64,000 nt of DNA from Syntrophales bacterium (GCA_026416455.1 JAOAFE010000003.1:7779-71778); one strand, 5' to 3'; counted from the stretch's first letter, positions 17,606 through 28,321 are shown. The notes: a model not told the origin generated them from the sequence alone. Program-made: numbers and translations.

Positions 17606-20050
17606 TTGCGTCAGGAAAAGCTACCTGACGATCACCTCATGCTCGTCCAAATTGCCCTCAACATCTCATCCCGTCAAACCTTTACCTATCGCATACCCGA
17701 ACAATGGCAGTCGAGTATTTCCATAGGAATAAGGGCAATCGTCCCTTTCGGAAAAACTAAAAAAACTGGGGTTATTGTTAATATATCCGACGTTGACACT
17801 GAGCCATCAAAAGTAAAAGACATTATCGACCTCGTAGATACGGAGCCTCTCTTCGGTGAAGATGAGCTACGTTTTTACCAATGGGCAGCGGACTATTACC
17901 TTTACCCTTTAGGGAAGGCCTTAAGCGAAATTCTCCCCGGGGGAGAGAAGAAATCAACCAAGTTCATAAAAATAACTCCCCTCGGTCTAGCAGCCAATCT
18001 AGCACCCCTCTCCCCCGCCCAAAGAGAAATATTAGAGTTTCTGCGGTCTTACCCACGAGGGGTGAAAGTAGGGTTTCTCAAAAAGAAGTCCCAAATCAAA
18101 AATATAGATTATGCCCTCTCTCGTTTAATTGAAACGGGATTGATTGACGGGTCAGAGAAGATGACGGGGAGACAAGTAAGTGAAAAAAAAGAAGTGATTT
18201 TCTCCCTGAATAAAGAGATGGCACTACCCCAGAACCTAACGCCCAGCCAGAATAGGCTTATAAACACTCTCCTTCAAGAAGGCGAGCTTACCTGGTACCG
18301 CTTGTCCGCCCTGGCCGGAGTAAGTAAAAAAGTCATGGCACAACTGTGTCAAAAAGGGCTCGTCGTGAAAAAAGAAAGATCTTGCGATCCTGCCCCATTC
18401 CCCCTTTGTGATATCCTCGAGCGGCCTTCAAAAGAGGAAATTACGCTTAACGCTTACCAACGAGAGGCCCGCGAAAAAATTATTGAAGGGATAAGACGAC
18501 ATACTTTTTCTCCTTTTCTTCTCCACGGAGTAACCGGTAGCGGGAAGACCGAAGTCTACTTAGAGGCCATCGAGTTCACCCTCCAACTCGGCGGGGGAGT
18601 GCTGTTCTTAGTGCCAGAAATAGCCCTAACCCCCCAACTGTTGGGTCACCTTCAAAATCGATTCCCCGAAGAGGAGATAGCCGTTCTTCACAGTGGCATT
18701 TCCGATCAAATCAGGTACCAAAAATGGCGAAATCTAAAAAAAGGAAGGATCAGAATTGCTTGCGGAGCCCGATCATCCGTCTTTGCCCCCGTACAAAATT
18801 TACGTCTCGTCATAGTGGATGAGGAACATGACGAATCATACAAACAAGAAGAGCGGTTTCCCTACAACGCAAGAGACCTCGCCCTCGTGCGGGGGAAGAT
18901 GCAAAGAGCTGCCGTTATTTTGGGCTCGGCGACACCGGCCATACACACCTATCACTTCGCCCGAACGGGGCGATATATCTTAATATCCCTCCCTTACCGG
19001 GTGGAAAAAAAACCCCTACCACACATAGAAATAGTAGACATGAGGCTTACAGGACCGGGAGAAGAGATAATTTCTTCACCCCTCAAAGAGGCCATGCGTG
19101 AAGAATTAAAAGACGGAAATCAAGTCATGCTTTTTCTTAACCGTCGCGGATTCCACTCCCTACTTATTTGCCGCCAATGCGGTTATACCTTCAAATGTCC
19201 CAATTGCGATCTGAGCCTGACCTTTCATGCCCTACCTCAGCGTCTCATCTGCCATTACTGTGATTTTTCCCAGGCGATTTCTTTTTCCTGCCCGCGATGC
19301 GGAGAAAAAAAACTTGCCGGGTACGGTATCGGCACTGAAAAAGTTCAATCAGCGGTCAGTCAAATCTTTCCCTCGGCCCGTATCTGTCGCCTCGACCGGG
19401 ATACGGCGGAAAAGCCCACAACCAGAAGTAATCTATTAAAATCCATTGCGGAAAGGGAAACGGACATCATCATCGGTACCCAGATGATCTCCAAAGGACA
19501 TGACTTTCCCAATATTACGCTGGTCGGCGTCATTGGGGCGGACATATCTTTACATATGCCAGACTTCCGGGCAAGTGAGAGAACGTTTCAAATTCTGACC
19601 CAGGTGGCCGGCCGCGGCGGAAGGGGAGACAAACCGGGTCGGGTCATCGTTCAAACTTTCAACCCGAACCATTACGTAATTTTAGATGTGCAAAACCATG
19701 ACTATCTGTCTTTTTTTGAAAAAGAAATTGCCTACCGTTCAAGTCTTAGATATCCACCTTTCTGCCGACTTATGTGCCTTCACATAGCCGGGGCGGATAA
19801 AGATCGGTCATGGCAAGGGGCACAGGCACTATGCGAACACATCCGTTCTTCAAATCCTCCTGGAGTTATCGAATTGCTTGGGCCAGCCCCCGCCCCTATA
19901 AGTCGTATGAGAGGTAGGTACCGATGGCAGATCATAGTAAAGGGAAAAGATCACCAATCAGTTCATCAGGTAGGGCAATTGGCCCAATCCTATCGATTAC
20001 CAACCGGTATCCAGCTGAGATGTCAGATCGACCCTATAGATTTCATGTAA
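17606..20050 (+). CDS. priA: primosomal protein N' (replication restart helicase)
   Basis: 814 aa. Motifs GVTGSGKTEVY, VDEEHD, zinc-binding CRQCGY...CPNC...CHYC...CPRCG, and GTQMISKGHDFP. The start is TTG 17606 or ATG 17639. Confidence 0.9.
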   Translation: MRQEKLPDDHLMLVQIALNISSRQTFTYRIPEQWQSSISIGIRAIVPFGKTKKTGVIVNISDVDTEPSKVKDIIDLVDTEPLFGEDELRFYQWAADYYLYPLGKALSEILPGGEKKSTKFIKITPLGLAANLAPLSPAQREILEFLRSYPRGVKVGFLKKKSQIKNIDYALSRLIETGLIDGSEKMTGRQVSEKKEVIFSLNKEMALPQNLTPSQNRLINTLLQEGELTWYRLSALAGVSKKVMAQLCQKGLVVKKERSCDPAPFPLCDILERPSKEEITLNAYQREAREKIIEGIRRHTFSPFLLHGVTGSGKTEVYLEAIEFTLQLGGGVLFLVPEIALTPQLLGHLQNRFPEEEIAVLHSGISDQIRYQKWRNLKKGRIRIACGARSSVFAPVQNLRLVIVDEEHDESYKQEERFPYNARDLALVRGKMQRAAVILGSATPAIHTYHFARTGRYILISLPYRVEKKPLPHIEIVDMRLTGPGEEIISSPLKEAMREELKDGNQVMLFLNRRGFHSLLICRQCGYTFKCPNCDLSLTFHALPQRLICHYCDFSQAISFSCPRCGEKKLAGYGIGTEKVQSAVSQIFPSARICRLDRDTAEKPTTRSNLLKSIAERETDIIIGTQMISKGHDFPNITLVGVIGADISLHMPDFRASERTFQILTQVAGRGGRGDKPGRVIVQTFNPNHYVILDVQNHDYLSFFEKEIAYRSSLRYPPFCRLMCLHIAGADKDRSWQGAQALCEHIRSSNPPGVIELLGPAPAPISRMRGRYRWQIIVKGKDHQSVHQVGQLAQSYRLPTGIQLRCQIDPIDFM

Positions 20051-20537
20051 GTTCGTAAAGTGTATCGTCGACTCTTGGAGGACGATTTTGCCTGGAAACA
20101 CTTCCTTTCCGGGAAGGCGACGAAAAAGAAAAAGGATCTTCACTTTCCAAAATATCGCCCATCTCTGCCTCAATGGCTTCGAGATCTTCCCCTCTTTCCA
20201 ATCGACTTAGGGCCTCTTCCATCGCTGGGGAAAGGGACATACCCGTGGCTTCCGTCAACTTCCGCATGAGAAGTGCTGCCTGTCGTGGATCTTCTTCGTT
20301 GATATTTTCCGCCTCGCTGGCTAACATATTCATGGCCCGCTCCAACTTTGTTTCATCTATCGGTAGATCGTCTGCTTCCTTTCTACTTCCCGAAAGGTGT
20401 GAAAAGATGGACATTTGTCTTTTGAGCTTCTCTGTTTTACACTTTGGGCAAAAGGGTATCGTTTCCGTATTTACGGTGCGGGAAAAGAAGTTGTATATAG
20501 TATGGCATCGGTGGCAATAAAACTCATAAATAGGCAT
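20043..20537 (-). CDS. FmdB-family zinc-ribbon protein with acidic C-terminal tail
   Basis: Start at MPIYEF (ATG 20537, GAGGTG SD). CHRC...CPKC ribbon. Confidence 0.7.
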   Translation of the reverse strand: MPIYEFYCHRCHTIYNFFSRTVNTETIPFCPKCKTEKLKRQMSIFSHLSGSRKEADDLPIDETKLERAMNMLASEAENINEEDPRQAALLMRKLTEATGMSLSPAMEEALSRLERGEDLEAIEAEMGDILESEDPFSFSSPSRKGSVSRQNRPPRVDDTLYELT

Positions 20538-20552
20538 AGGGAACACCTCACT

Positions 20553-22082
20553 ATGATTTGTAAGCCCATATTTGGCCTAAACATATTCACACCGGAAACG
20601 AAAATCAAGGCCCGGAAATTTACGTGCCCATTTCTATTCTTTCTCCTATTATCCCTCCCTTTTTCCAGTTGGGCGGATGAAATAAAAGCTATCCTGGATA
20701 AAGACATTTACCGTCATGCCCAGATGGGAATGCATGTGATCGATACGAAAACAGGGGAGGTAATATACGCCATAAATAGCGATCGTCTTCTTTATCCCGC
20801 TTCTTTAACCAAATTGTTTGTAGCCGCAACCGCCCTCTCTCAGCTTGGTCGAGATTTTACGTTTAAGACCTCCCTCTATCGACGCGGCTCTCTGACTGCC
20901 ACTGGCACCCTACAAGGGGACTTGATCATTCGCCCCGGGGGAGACGTTTTTTTTTCTGCCCTGAATCTATTCGTACAAAAAACAAAAGCCGCCGGCATAA
21001 AAGAAATAAAGGGAGAAATTATTGTCGATGACAGATTATTTCCTCCCTACCGAGCCTACAGTGTCGTTACGCCCGGAAAAATTCTATATACTATTTCGCC
21101 TGCAACCATCTCTCAATATCAGCTTGAACTATTAATCACCCCCACCCACCCTGGCAAAAAGGCCAGATTAAATCAAACACCGTCGCCGGGATGGCCAGTG
21201 CTGTTAAATGACGTTCTCACAACAAAAGATGGTCAAAACGAGATAGACGTAAATTGGCCAAAGCCAGGGGTATTAAAAGTTACAGGCAAGATAATCGCCA
21301 ATAGTGAACCTATAAAAAAATCGGTTGGCATCTCCGATCCAGGAAGTTTTCTGAGAGCAATCTTCATGAGAGAGCTCCAACGAGCACAAATAAAAGTTAA
21401 GGCCTCACCCATAAAACCTAATCCCCATAATCTATTACCCTCGGAGGGGGAAGATGAAAAAAAATTTATCCTCATCGCCACCCACCAATCACCGCCGCTC
21501 GTCCGATACGTAAAGCAGATTTTAGAGACGAGCCATAACCCAGGCGCAGATGCCCTCGTACTTGCGCTGGGTTGTGCCCGTGGTGGCGGCAAGATGGAAG
21601 AGGGTATGAAATCAATTCGTGATTTTTTGGTAGGAAAAAATATCCCTCTCGAAACAATTTCTCTAAGCGATGGGGCTGGTATATCCCCTGCCAATTTAGT
21701 TACTCCGAGGACGGTCACTCTTTTTCTTCACCTCTTGTCACAGGATAATTCGTTTCCCGATATGTTAGATGCCCTGCCCCTCGTAGGTGTCTCAGGCACC
21801 CTAAAGCGCGCGGTTACAAGCGAAAATCCTATAAAAGGAAAAATTCGCGCCAAAACAGGAACGCTGAATCAATTCGATGTATTAAATAATTCTGGCTTCG
21901 TTCAATGTAAGAGTCTCGCTGGCTACGTGGAAACTCTTTCTGGTAGAAACCTGGCCTTTTGCATCATTATCAACAGTGCTCACGTAGTCAACCTGCATAC
22001 AAAAACGCAGATAATTAAACTGGCACAAGAAGTGGGAGAAGACCTTGTGCGAATTGCCGAAATTTTATATCGTGCGTACTAA
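20553..22082 (+). CDS. dacB: D-alanyl-D-alanine carboxypeptidase/endopeptidase (PBP4, peptidase S13)
   Basis: ORF 20415..22082. ATG 20553 is preferred, just before the signal peptide. Motifs SLTKLF (SxxK) and KTGTL (KTG). Confidence 0.85.
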   Translation: MICKPIFGLNIFTPETKIKARKFTCPFLFFLLLSLPFSSWADEIKAILDKDIYRHAQMGMHVIDTKTGEVIYAINSDRLLYPASLTKLFVAATALSQLGRDFTFKTSLYRRGSLTATGTLQGDLIIRPGGDVFFSALNLFVQKTKAAGIKEIKGEIIVDDRLFPPYRAYSVVTPGKILYTISPATISQYQLELLITPTHPGKKARLNQTPSPGWPVLLNDVLTTKDGQNEIDVNWPKPGVLKVTGKIIANSEPIKKSVGISDPGSFLRAIFMRELQRAQIKVKASPIKPNPHNLLPSEGEDEKKFILIATHQSPPLVRYVKQILETSHNPGADALVLALGCARGGGKMEEGMKSIRDFLVGKNIPLETISLSDGAGISPANLVTPRTVTLFLHLLSQDNSFPDMLDALPLVGVSGTLKRAVTSENPIKGKIRAKTGTLNQFDVLNNSGFVQCKSLAGYVETLSGRNLAFCIIINSAHVVNLHTKTQIIKLAQEVGEDLVRIAEILYRAY

Positions 22083-22093
22083 AAAGGAGTGAT

Positions 22094-23050
22094 ATGGAAA
22101 AATTCTATGACGTAGTTATCATCGGTGGAGGGCCCGCTGGTCTCACCGCAGGCCTCTATGCTTCTCGCGGCGCCTTAAAATCCCTCTTGATCGAAGGAAA
22201 TGCATCGGTCAGCCAAATAACCTTAACGGACATTGTAGAAAACTATCCTGGGTTCCCGGATGGCATTGGGGGATGGGAATTGGTGGAAAAATTCCGAAAA
22301 CAGGCGCTGAAGTTCGGATTGGAGATGATGACGACCAACGTCAAAGGCATTATAAAAATTGAAGAAAAAACAGCTCCCCTTTGGCAAGTGTCAATTGAAG
22401 AAGGAGCTTTGATCTCCCAGGCCCTAATTATTGCCACCGGTGCCAGCTGGCGCAAACTTAACGTGCCCGGTGAGGATACGCTAATCGGCAGGGGTGTTTC
22501 CTATTGTGCCACCTGCGACGCCCCCTTTTATCGCAATCTGGAAGTAGCAGTTGTAGGCGGTGGAGATACGGCGGTGCAAGAAGCCATCTTCTTAACCCAA
22601 TTCGCTCGTCGGGTGCATCTAATCCACCGGCGCAACCGATTACGAGCAGCTGGAGTTCTCCAGCAAAGACTCTTCCAGAACGATCGAATCAACATCATCT
22701 GGGAAACCGTCGTGGAAGAAATAAAAGGCAAAGAGGGGGGCGTCGAAGAATTGGTAATCAAACATCTTCCCACAGGTGAGGTAAATAACCTGAAAGTAGA
22801 TGGTGTTTTCATTTTCGTTGGACTGAGACCCAATACGGATCTCGTAAAGGGCATAGTCGATCTTACCCAGGAAGGGGCTATCATCGTGGATCAAGAAATG
22901 AGGACGTCTCAGGTTGGAATTTTTGCCTGTGGTGACTGTACCGCTAAAAAGCTACGCCAGGTAGTAACAGCCTGTGGCGATGGAGCTCTGGCGGCTTATT
23001 CTGCCCAGCTTTTCATTGAAGATTTAAAAGGGGAAAGATACCCAAGATGA
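22094..23050 (+). CDS. trxB: thioredoxin-disulfide reductase
   Basis: 318 aa. Motifs IIGGGPAG, redox CATCDAPFY, and GGGDTAVQEA. Confidence 0.9.
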   Translation: MEKFYDVVIIGGGPAGLTAGLYASRGALKSLLIEGNASVSQITLTDIVENYPGFPDGIGGWELVEKFRKQALKFGLEMMTTNVKGIIKIEEKTAPLWQVSIEEGALISQALIIATGASWRKLNVPGEDTLIGRGVSYCATCDAPFYRNLEVAVVGGGDTAVQEAIFLTQFARRVHLIHRRNRLRAAGVLQQRLFQNDRINIIWETVVEEIKGKEGGVEELVIKHLPTGEVNNLKVDGVFIFVGLRPNTDLVKGIVDLTQEGAIIVDQEMRTSQVGIFACGDCTAKKLRQVVTACGDGALAAYSAQLFIEDLKGERYPR

Positions 23051-23877
23051 GTTGGCAACATTTACCGGAAAAAATTTCGCCTGTATTGTTTAACGTCGGA
23101 CCCCTGCAAATAAGATGGTACAGCATTATGTACCTTGTTGCCTTTGCCACCACTTACCTGCTCGCCCGATACCGGATAAAAACCGAACCGGAATACCCCT
23201 ACCGAACCGAAATCGTAATCGATCTGATTCTCTGGTGCGCGGTGGGACTTATCGTTGGCGCCAGAATAGGGTATGTCATTTTCTATAATTTTCCCTACTA
23301 CCTAGCCCACCCCTGGGAAATTATTCTGCCGTTTCAGTTGTCCACGAACGGTATAAAAGTGATCGGGTTAAGCGGAATGTCTTATCACGGCGGCGCTGTC
23401 GGCGTGGTGATAGCGGGACTTATATATTGTCGGACCCACCAACTTTCGTTCTGGAATATGGCTGACTTACTTTGCCCGGCCATACCTCTGGGCTATACGT
23501 TTGGTCGCCTGGGTAACTTTCTCAACGGGGAGCTATACGGTCGCCCGACCCAAATGCCATGGGGTATGTATTTCCCTTTGGATTCAACTGGCGTTCTCCG
23601 TCATCCATCTCAATTGTATGAAGCCTTCTTTGAGGGAATTTTTCTTTTTGTCTTCCTCTGGTTAGTAAGAAAAAACCGTCCTTTTGAAGGCTGGCTCCTT
23701 TCCCTCTATCTCGTGGGTTATGGAATTGTTAGATTCGTGGTGGAATTTTTCCGCGAACCTGATCCGCAAATAGGTCTAATTTGGGGCGGACTCACGCTGG
23801 GCCAGTTGCTTTGTTTGGCGATGATTTTAATAGGCAGCGGCCTCTATTGGTTAAGGAAACATGCACGCCAGCCGTAA
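23047..23877 (+). CDS. lgt: prolipoprotein diacylglyceryl transferase
   Basis: 276 aa. Motifs YHGG, FGRLGNFLNGELYGRPT and HPSQLYE. 4-nt overlap with trxB. Confidence 0.9.
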   Translation: MSWQHLPEKISPVLFNVGPLQIRWYSIMYLVAFATTYLLARYRIKTEPEYPYRTEIVIDLILWCAVGLIVGARIGYVIFYNFPYYLAHPWEIILPFQLSTNGIKVIGLSGMSYHGGAVGVVIAGLIYCRTHQLSFWNMADLLCPAIPLGYTFGRLGNFLNGELYGRPTQMPWGMYFPLDSTGVLRHPSQLYEAFFEGIFLFVFLWLVRKNRPFEGWLLSLYLVGYGIVRFVVEFFREPDPQIGLIWGGLTLGQLLCLAMILIGSGLYWLRKHARQP

Positions 23878-24622
23878 TCAACTAAAAAGATGGTTAAAGC
23901 TAAAAAAAAGCAAATATCGTATCTTAGAGGAGGCGTTTCTGGTGGAGGGGGAAAAGGTAGTGGCGGAGCTCATAGCTGCCCAGTGGCCGTTCGAATGCCT
24001 CTTACTGAGAGAAGACCGAAAAGATAAATGGATTCCAATCGATGCACCTTCCTATTTTCTTTCGGCAGCGGATTTCAAGAAACTATCGCAGGATAAAGAA
24101 TCGGAAGGCATTATGGCAGTAGCAAAAAGGCGGTTCCCCGTCGATTTAGACCTTAATCCTCAGGAAAGGTATATCCTACTTTATGAGATCGCAAATCCCA
24201 ACAACCTGGGGGCTATCCTAAGATCGGCTCACTGGTTTGGCATATCGAATATTGTTGTGAGCGAAAACTCAGCCGACATTACCCACCCGAAGGTGGTGCG
24301 CAGTTCGATGGGCAGCCTATTTCATCTGAGGATAGTGGAAAAGCAAGACCTATTATCCGTCATCAAGATCATGCAAGCTCACGACATAAAAATCATCGCC
24401 ACAGATGTCTCGGAGGGTACAATTCCGCATCCCGTAGGTGGTGGCGTAGGGGTCGTTTTGGGCAACGAAAGCCACGGCCTTCCCGATTTTATAAAATCAA
24501 TTTGTGATGAGCTCTGGCATATTCCAGGTAAGGCCAAGAACACCTCTCTGAGCCTACCTCAAGCTGCTGCAATTATTGCATACGAATTAACGAAAGGGAG
24601 TTTCAGTCATGAATCCAAATGA
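23861..24622 (+). CDS. TrmH/SpoU family RNA 2'-O-methyltransferase
   Basis: 253 aa. Motifs NPNNLGAILRSA, VVLGNESHGL and SLSLPQAAAI. Confidence 0.8.
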   Translation: MHASRNQLKRWLKLKKSKYRILEEAFLVEGEKVVAELIAAQWPFECLLLREDRKDKWIPIDAPSYFLSAADFKKLSQDKESEGIMAVAKRRFPVDLDLNPQERYILLYEIANPNNLGAILRSAHWFGISNIVVSENSADITHPKVVRSSMGSLFHLRIVEKQDLLSVIKIMQAHDIKIIATDVSEGTIPHPVGGGVGVVLGNESHGLPDFIKSICDELWHIPGKAKNTSLSLPQAAAIIAYELTKGSFSHESK

Positions 24623-24932
24623 ATTTATTACCGTCATTACGACCTGCGACAACGAGGAAGCTTTGTCCAAGATTGCTTTTTCTTTGATAGAAAAGAAGCT
24701 GGCTGCCTGTGTCCAAATTATGGGACCCATAAAGTCTACTTATTATTGGCAAGGAAAGATAGAGACGTCCTCTGAGTGGCTCTGTCAGATCAAGACTGTT
24801 GGCCACCTGTACGGAAAGGTGGAGAGGGAAATAAAGTCAATGCACCCATACACGACACCGGAAATAATTGCGCACCCCATCGTACAGGGCAGCGAATCCT
24901 ATCTTGAATGGATTAGAGAAAACGTAAATTAA
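24609..24932 (+). CDS. cutA: divalent-cation tolerance protein CutA
   Basis: 107 aa. Motifs KLAACVQI, YYWQGKIE and HPYTTPEI. Confidence 0.85.
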   Translation: MNPNEFITVITTCDNEEALSKIAFSLIEKKLAACVQIMGPIKSTYYWQGKIETSSEWLCQIKTVGHLYGKVEREIKSMHPYTTPEIIAHPIVQGSESYLEWIRENVN

Positions 24933-25636
24933 GTGCCTAAATACGCCTTTTTTACCTTCTCATTGTTCAGCAGGTCTCGACTCGAACCTTCGAGTACAAG
25001 GTGCCCATTTTCGAGCACATAACCCCTTTGGGTTATCATCAAAGCAATTTGGGCATTTTGCTCAGAAAGGAAGATGGTCATCCCCTTTTTATTTAAATTA
25101 GAAATAACCTCGGCAATGCTATCCACCAGCTGAGGTGCCAGACCCATCGAAGGTTCATCCAAAAGTAACAAATCCGGCTTAGACATGAGCGCCCTTGCGA
25201 TAGCAAGCATCTGTTGCTCACCACCGCTGAAAGTACCGGCGAGCTGCTTTCTTCTCTCTTTTAATATGGGAAACAGCTCGTAGACCTCTTCCAATGTCTC
25301 GTTTATCCCTTTCTTGTCTTTCCGGTGGTATGCCCCGAGCAGTAAATTCTTATATACCGGTAATTGAGGAAAGAGCTGACGTCCCTCGGGACATAACGAA
25401 AGACCTAAGGCAACTATTTTATGGGCCGGCTTCCTATGAATCTCTTTCCCTTTAAACTCGATGGTCCCAGAGATGGGATTCAGTATGCCCGCAATCGTTC
25501 TAAATAGGGTTGTTTTACCCGCCCCATTACCTCCAAGCAAGGCCACAAATTCTCCCTGTTTTATTTCCAGAGAGACATCGTGAATTGCATGAAATCCGCC
25601 AATTTTTGTGTTTACATTTGTTAGCTTAAGCATCAC
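24929..25636 (-). CDS. livF: branched-chain amino acid ABC transporter ATP-binding protein
   Basis: 235 aa. Walker A GGNGAGKTT, signature FSGGEQQML, Walker B LLLLDEPS. Confidence 0.85.
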   Translation of the reverse strand: MMLKLTNVNTKIGGFHAIHDVSLEIKQGEFVALLGGNGAGKTTLFRTIAGILNPISGTIEFKGKEIHRKPAHKIVALGLSLCPEGRQLFPQLPVYKNLLLGAYHRKDKKGINETLEEVYELFPILKERRKQLAGTFSGGEQQMLAIARALMSKPDLLLLDEPSMGLAPQLVDSIAEVISNLNKKGMTIFLSEQNAQIALMITQRGYVLENGHLVLEGSSRDLLNNEKVKKAYLGT

Positions 25637-26390
25637 GTTTTCTTCCTAAATAAGCTTCTATTACTTGAGGATTGGAAGCGACTTCTTCAGGCGAGCCTTC
25701 GGCAATTTTTCGACCGTAATTTAATACGACAATCCGATTGGCCAATCCCATAACCATCCTCATTTTGTGTTCGACGAGACAGATGGTAGTCCCCCGGTCG
25801 TTTATCTTTTTTATCAAATGGGTGATCTTATCCGTATCCTCTTGCAGCAGACCCCCTGTCGGCTCATCCAGAAGAATGAGCTTTGGATTGCTCATCAAGG
25901 CAATACCTATGGCGAGTAGCCTCTGCTCTCCCTGGGAAATGGTCGACACAAGATCGAATGCGCGCTTTTCTAACCCGACGAAGGAGAGTACTTCCATAAT
26001 CTTTTCTTGCATCTGCTCCCTTTCCCTTCTCCACCGCTCCGTCCGGAAAATAGTATCCCAAAAACTGTTCTTAACCATTTTTTGGAAGCCCAAAGCGAGG
26101 TTATCCACCACACGCAATTGATCGAAAAGAGCGGTTAATTGAAACGTCCGCGCAATACCTTTACGGGACACCATATACGCTTTTAAGTGGGTTATATCCT
26201 CGCCTTGGAAGATAATTCGCCCCGAATCGGGCAGGTGTATGCCGCTGATTAAACTAAAAAGAACTGATTTTCCCGCCCCGTTAGGCCCAATGATGGCTAA
26301 GATTTCACCATCGTTTACCTCAAAGGAGACTTCGTTGACCGCCACGGTACCGCCAAACTTTTTTATGAGACTATCGCATTTGAGAAGCAC
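25626..26390 (-). CDS. livG: branched-chain amino acid ABC transporter ATP-binding protein
   Basis: 254 aa. Motifs GPNGAGKS, SQGEQRLL, ILLDEP and a LivG-type C-terminus. Confidence 0.85.
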   Translation of the reverse strand: MLLKCDSLIKKFGGTVAVNEVSFEVNDGEILAIIGPNGAGKSVLFSLISGIHLPDSGRIIFQGEDITHLKAYMVSRKGIARTFQLTALFDQLRVVDNLALGFQKMVKNSFWDTIFRTERWRREREQMQEKIMEVLSFVGLEKRAFDLVSTISQGEQRLLAIGIALMSNPKLILLDEPTGGLLQEDTDKITHLIKKINDRGTTICLVEHKMRMVMGLANRIVVLNYGRKIAEGSPEEVASNPQVIEAYLGRKRDA

Positions 26391-26392
26391 TT

Positions 26393-27373
26393 TTACGTTC
26401 CTGCCTTTTTCATCTTACTTTTGATTTTCATAAACGCTCCCATGAATCCACGGGGGAAGTATACAATAACGGCGACGAGTAGCACGCCGAATATAATCAT
26501 CTGATATTCTTGGAGAAACTGTAGATATTCCATCAATACCAGCAGGCCAAAGGAGCCTATTACCGGACCCGCAATGGTTGCCATTCCACCCAATAAAGTA
26601 AAGAGGAGAAAATCGAATGTTATCTTGATCGACGCAACCGTAGGACTAATGCTTCCAATTAAGCTGGCATAGATACCTCCCGCCAGGCCAACAATAAAAG
26701 TCGACACGACAAAGGACAGAAGTTTTGTCCGGAAAGTGTTGATTCCAATGGCCTCGGCGAGGAGCTCATTGTTCCTGACCGCCATGAAGGTAAGGCCTTT
26801 CAAAGAATAAACTAAACGTCTCATAAAAAAGATGACGATGAGCAAGAAGATGAGCACCAAATAATACTGCGCCACCTGATTATTGAAATCGATGGTAAAG
26901 AACCCAGGTATTCTAATAGGAGTAGGGGTCGGTATCCCCACTAATCCATTATGCCCTCCCGTCAGTTCCATCCAGTTTCCCGCCACCAAGGTAATTATTT
27001 CTCCCAAACACATGGTAGCGATGGCAAAGTAGGCTCCTCTGGTTCGCAACGTCGGAATTCCAACTACCATACCTATCAAGGCGGCTATCGCGGCACCCAC
27101 CGGCAAGGCAATCCAGAAAGACCAGCCCAGCTTCAAAGCCAAAAGGCTAGCACCGTACGCGCCAATGCCGAAAAAGGCACCATGGGCAAGAGAGGCCTGG
27201 CCTGTAAATCCCAGAAGAAGATTAAAGCTCAGAGCACCAACTGCCATAAGGCAGCTCATGATGACGATCTGAAAAGTGTACCGATTCGGCATAAAGGCAG
27301 GGATACAGATCGCAACCACTATAACTATCACATAAAACCAGTTATTTTTGATCCAGTTCCTCCAATCTTTCAC
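26393..27373 (-). CDS. livM: branched-chain amino acid ABC transporter permease
   Basis: 326 aa polytopic LivM-type permease (GQASLAHGAFFGIGAY). Confidence 0.85.
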   Translation of the reverse strand: MKDWRNWIKNNWFYVIVIVVAICIPAFMPNRYTFQIVIMSCLMAVGALSFNLLLGFTGQASLAHGAFFGIGAYGASLLALKLGWSFWIALPVGAAIAALIGMVVGIPTLRTRGAYFAIATMCLGEIITLVAGNWMELTGGHNGLVGIPTPTPIRIPGFFTIDFNNQVAQYYLVLIFLLIVIFFMRRLVYSLKGLTFMAVRNNELLAEAIGINTFRTKLLSFVVSTFIVGLAGGIYASLIGSISPTVASIKITFDFLLFTLLGGMATIAGPVIGSFGLLVLMEYLQFLQEYQMIIFGVLLVAVIVYFPRGFMGAFMKIKSKMKKAGT

Positions 27374-28239
27374 CTGCCCTTAACCTCCTTTCCAAACAAT
27401 CCCGTCGGCTTGATAGCCAGTATCAGCACCAGGGCCCCAAAGGCAAAGGCATCTTTGTAAGCCGCTGAAACATATCCTCCTCCAAGGGCCTCAATCAGCC
27501 CTAAAATTAACCCCCCTACGATAGCTCCCGGAATACTGCCCAGGCCACCCAATATAATTATGACAAATCCTTTTAACCCGAGCAGAGAACCCATCGTCGG
27601 AGAAAGCATGAAAATAGGTGCCACAAAGAGGGCGGCAATTGCCGCGAGCGCCGTGGAAATGGCAAAAGTCAATGAAGACACAAAATCCACATTAATTCCC
27701 ACTAACCTCGCCCCTTCAGGATTCTGCGCTACCGCCTCAATAGTGCTTCCCAGAATAGTTTTCTTAATGAAGAGCTGTAAAAGAATGATCAATATGACGG
27801 CACTAACTATCACCAATAGCCGCTGCTGACTCATAATAATGCCCATGTATTCCATAACGCCGGGGTGCGGGTTAGGCATCCTCTGCCCCTGCGGCCCCCA
27901 AATGGCAATAACCCCATTTTCTAAAACAAACAGAGCACCTAAAGCTGAGATGAATGAATTAATATGGGGCTCGTTTCTTAAGGGGCGGTAAGCTAAAAAT
28001 TCAAGTATGACGCCCGCCGCGGCCATGAGAACGGCAGTAATCGCTAAGGCCGGCCAATAGGCAAGGCCATAAATGGTAATGAGAGAAAAACCGACATAGG
28101 CGCCGAGCATATACATATGCCCATGAGCAAAATTCGGTACATGTAAAATGCCGTAAACTAGAGTCAGTCCCAAAGCAAAGAGAGCATACGTACTCCCCAA
28201 CATGACGCCGTTAAACAATTGCTGAAACAATAGTTCCAT
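27370..28239 (-). CDS. livH: branched-chain amino acid ABC transporter permease
   Basis: 289 aa. MELLFQQLFNGVMLGSTYAL LivH-type N-terminus. 4-nt overlap with livM. Confidence 0.85.
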   Translation of the reverse strand: MELLFQQLFNGVMLGSTYALFALGLTLVYGILHVPNFAHGHMYMLGAYVGFSLITIYGLAYWPALAITAVLMAAAGVILEFLAYRPLRNEPHINSFISALGALFVLENGVIAIWGPQGQRMPNPHPGVMEYMGIIMSQQRLLVIVSAVILIILLQLFIKKTILGSTIEAVAQNPEGARLVGINVDFVSSLTFAISTALAAIAALFVAPIFMLSPTMGSLLGLKGFVIIILGGLGSIPGAIVGGLILGLIEALGGGYVSAAYKDAFAFGALVLILAIKPTGLFGKEVKGR

Positions 28240-28321
28240 AGCTCAATCCCGCTTTACATTGCCGAAGCAATAAATTTTTTTATGAGATTGGGAGTTACCC
28301 CCACCGCAAACAGTGGGGAGT

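Noticed and set aside
21233-21718. Long antisense ORFs inside real genes (21233..21718, 26951..27460, 51408..51884, 56401..56877, 48674..49099, 50246..50671)
   Set aside because: Each lies opposite a gene with strong family motifs. They have no SDs and skewed Ser/Arg/Pro-rich compositions typical of antisense frames.
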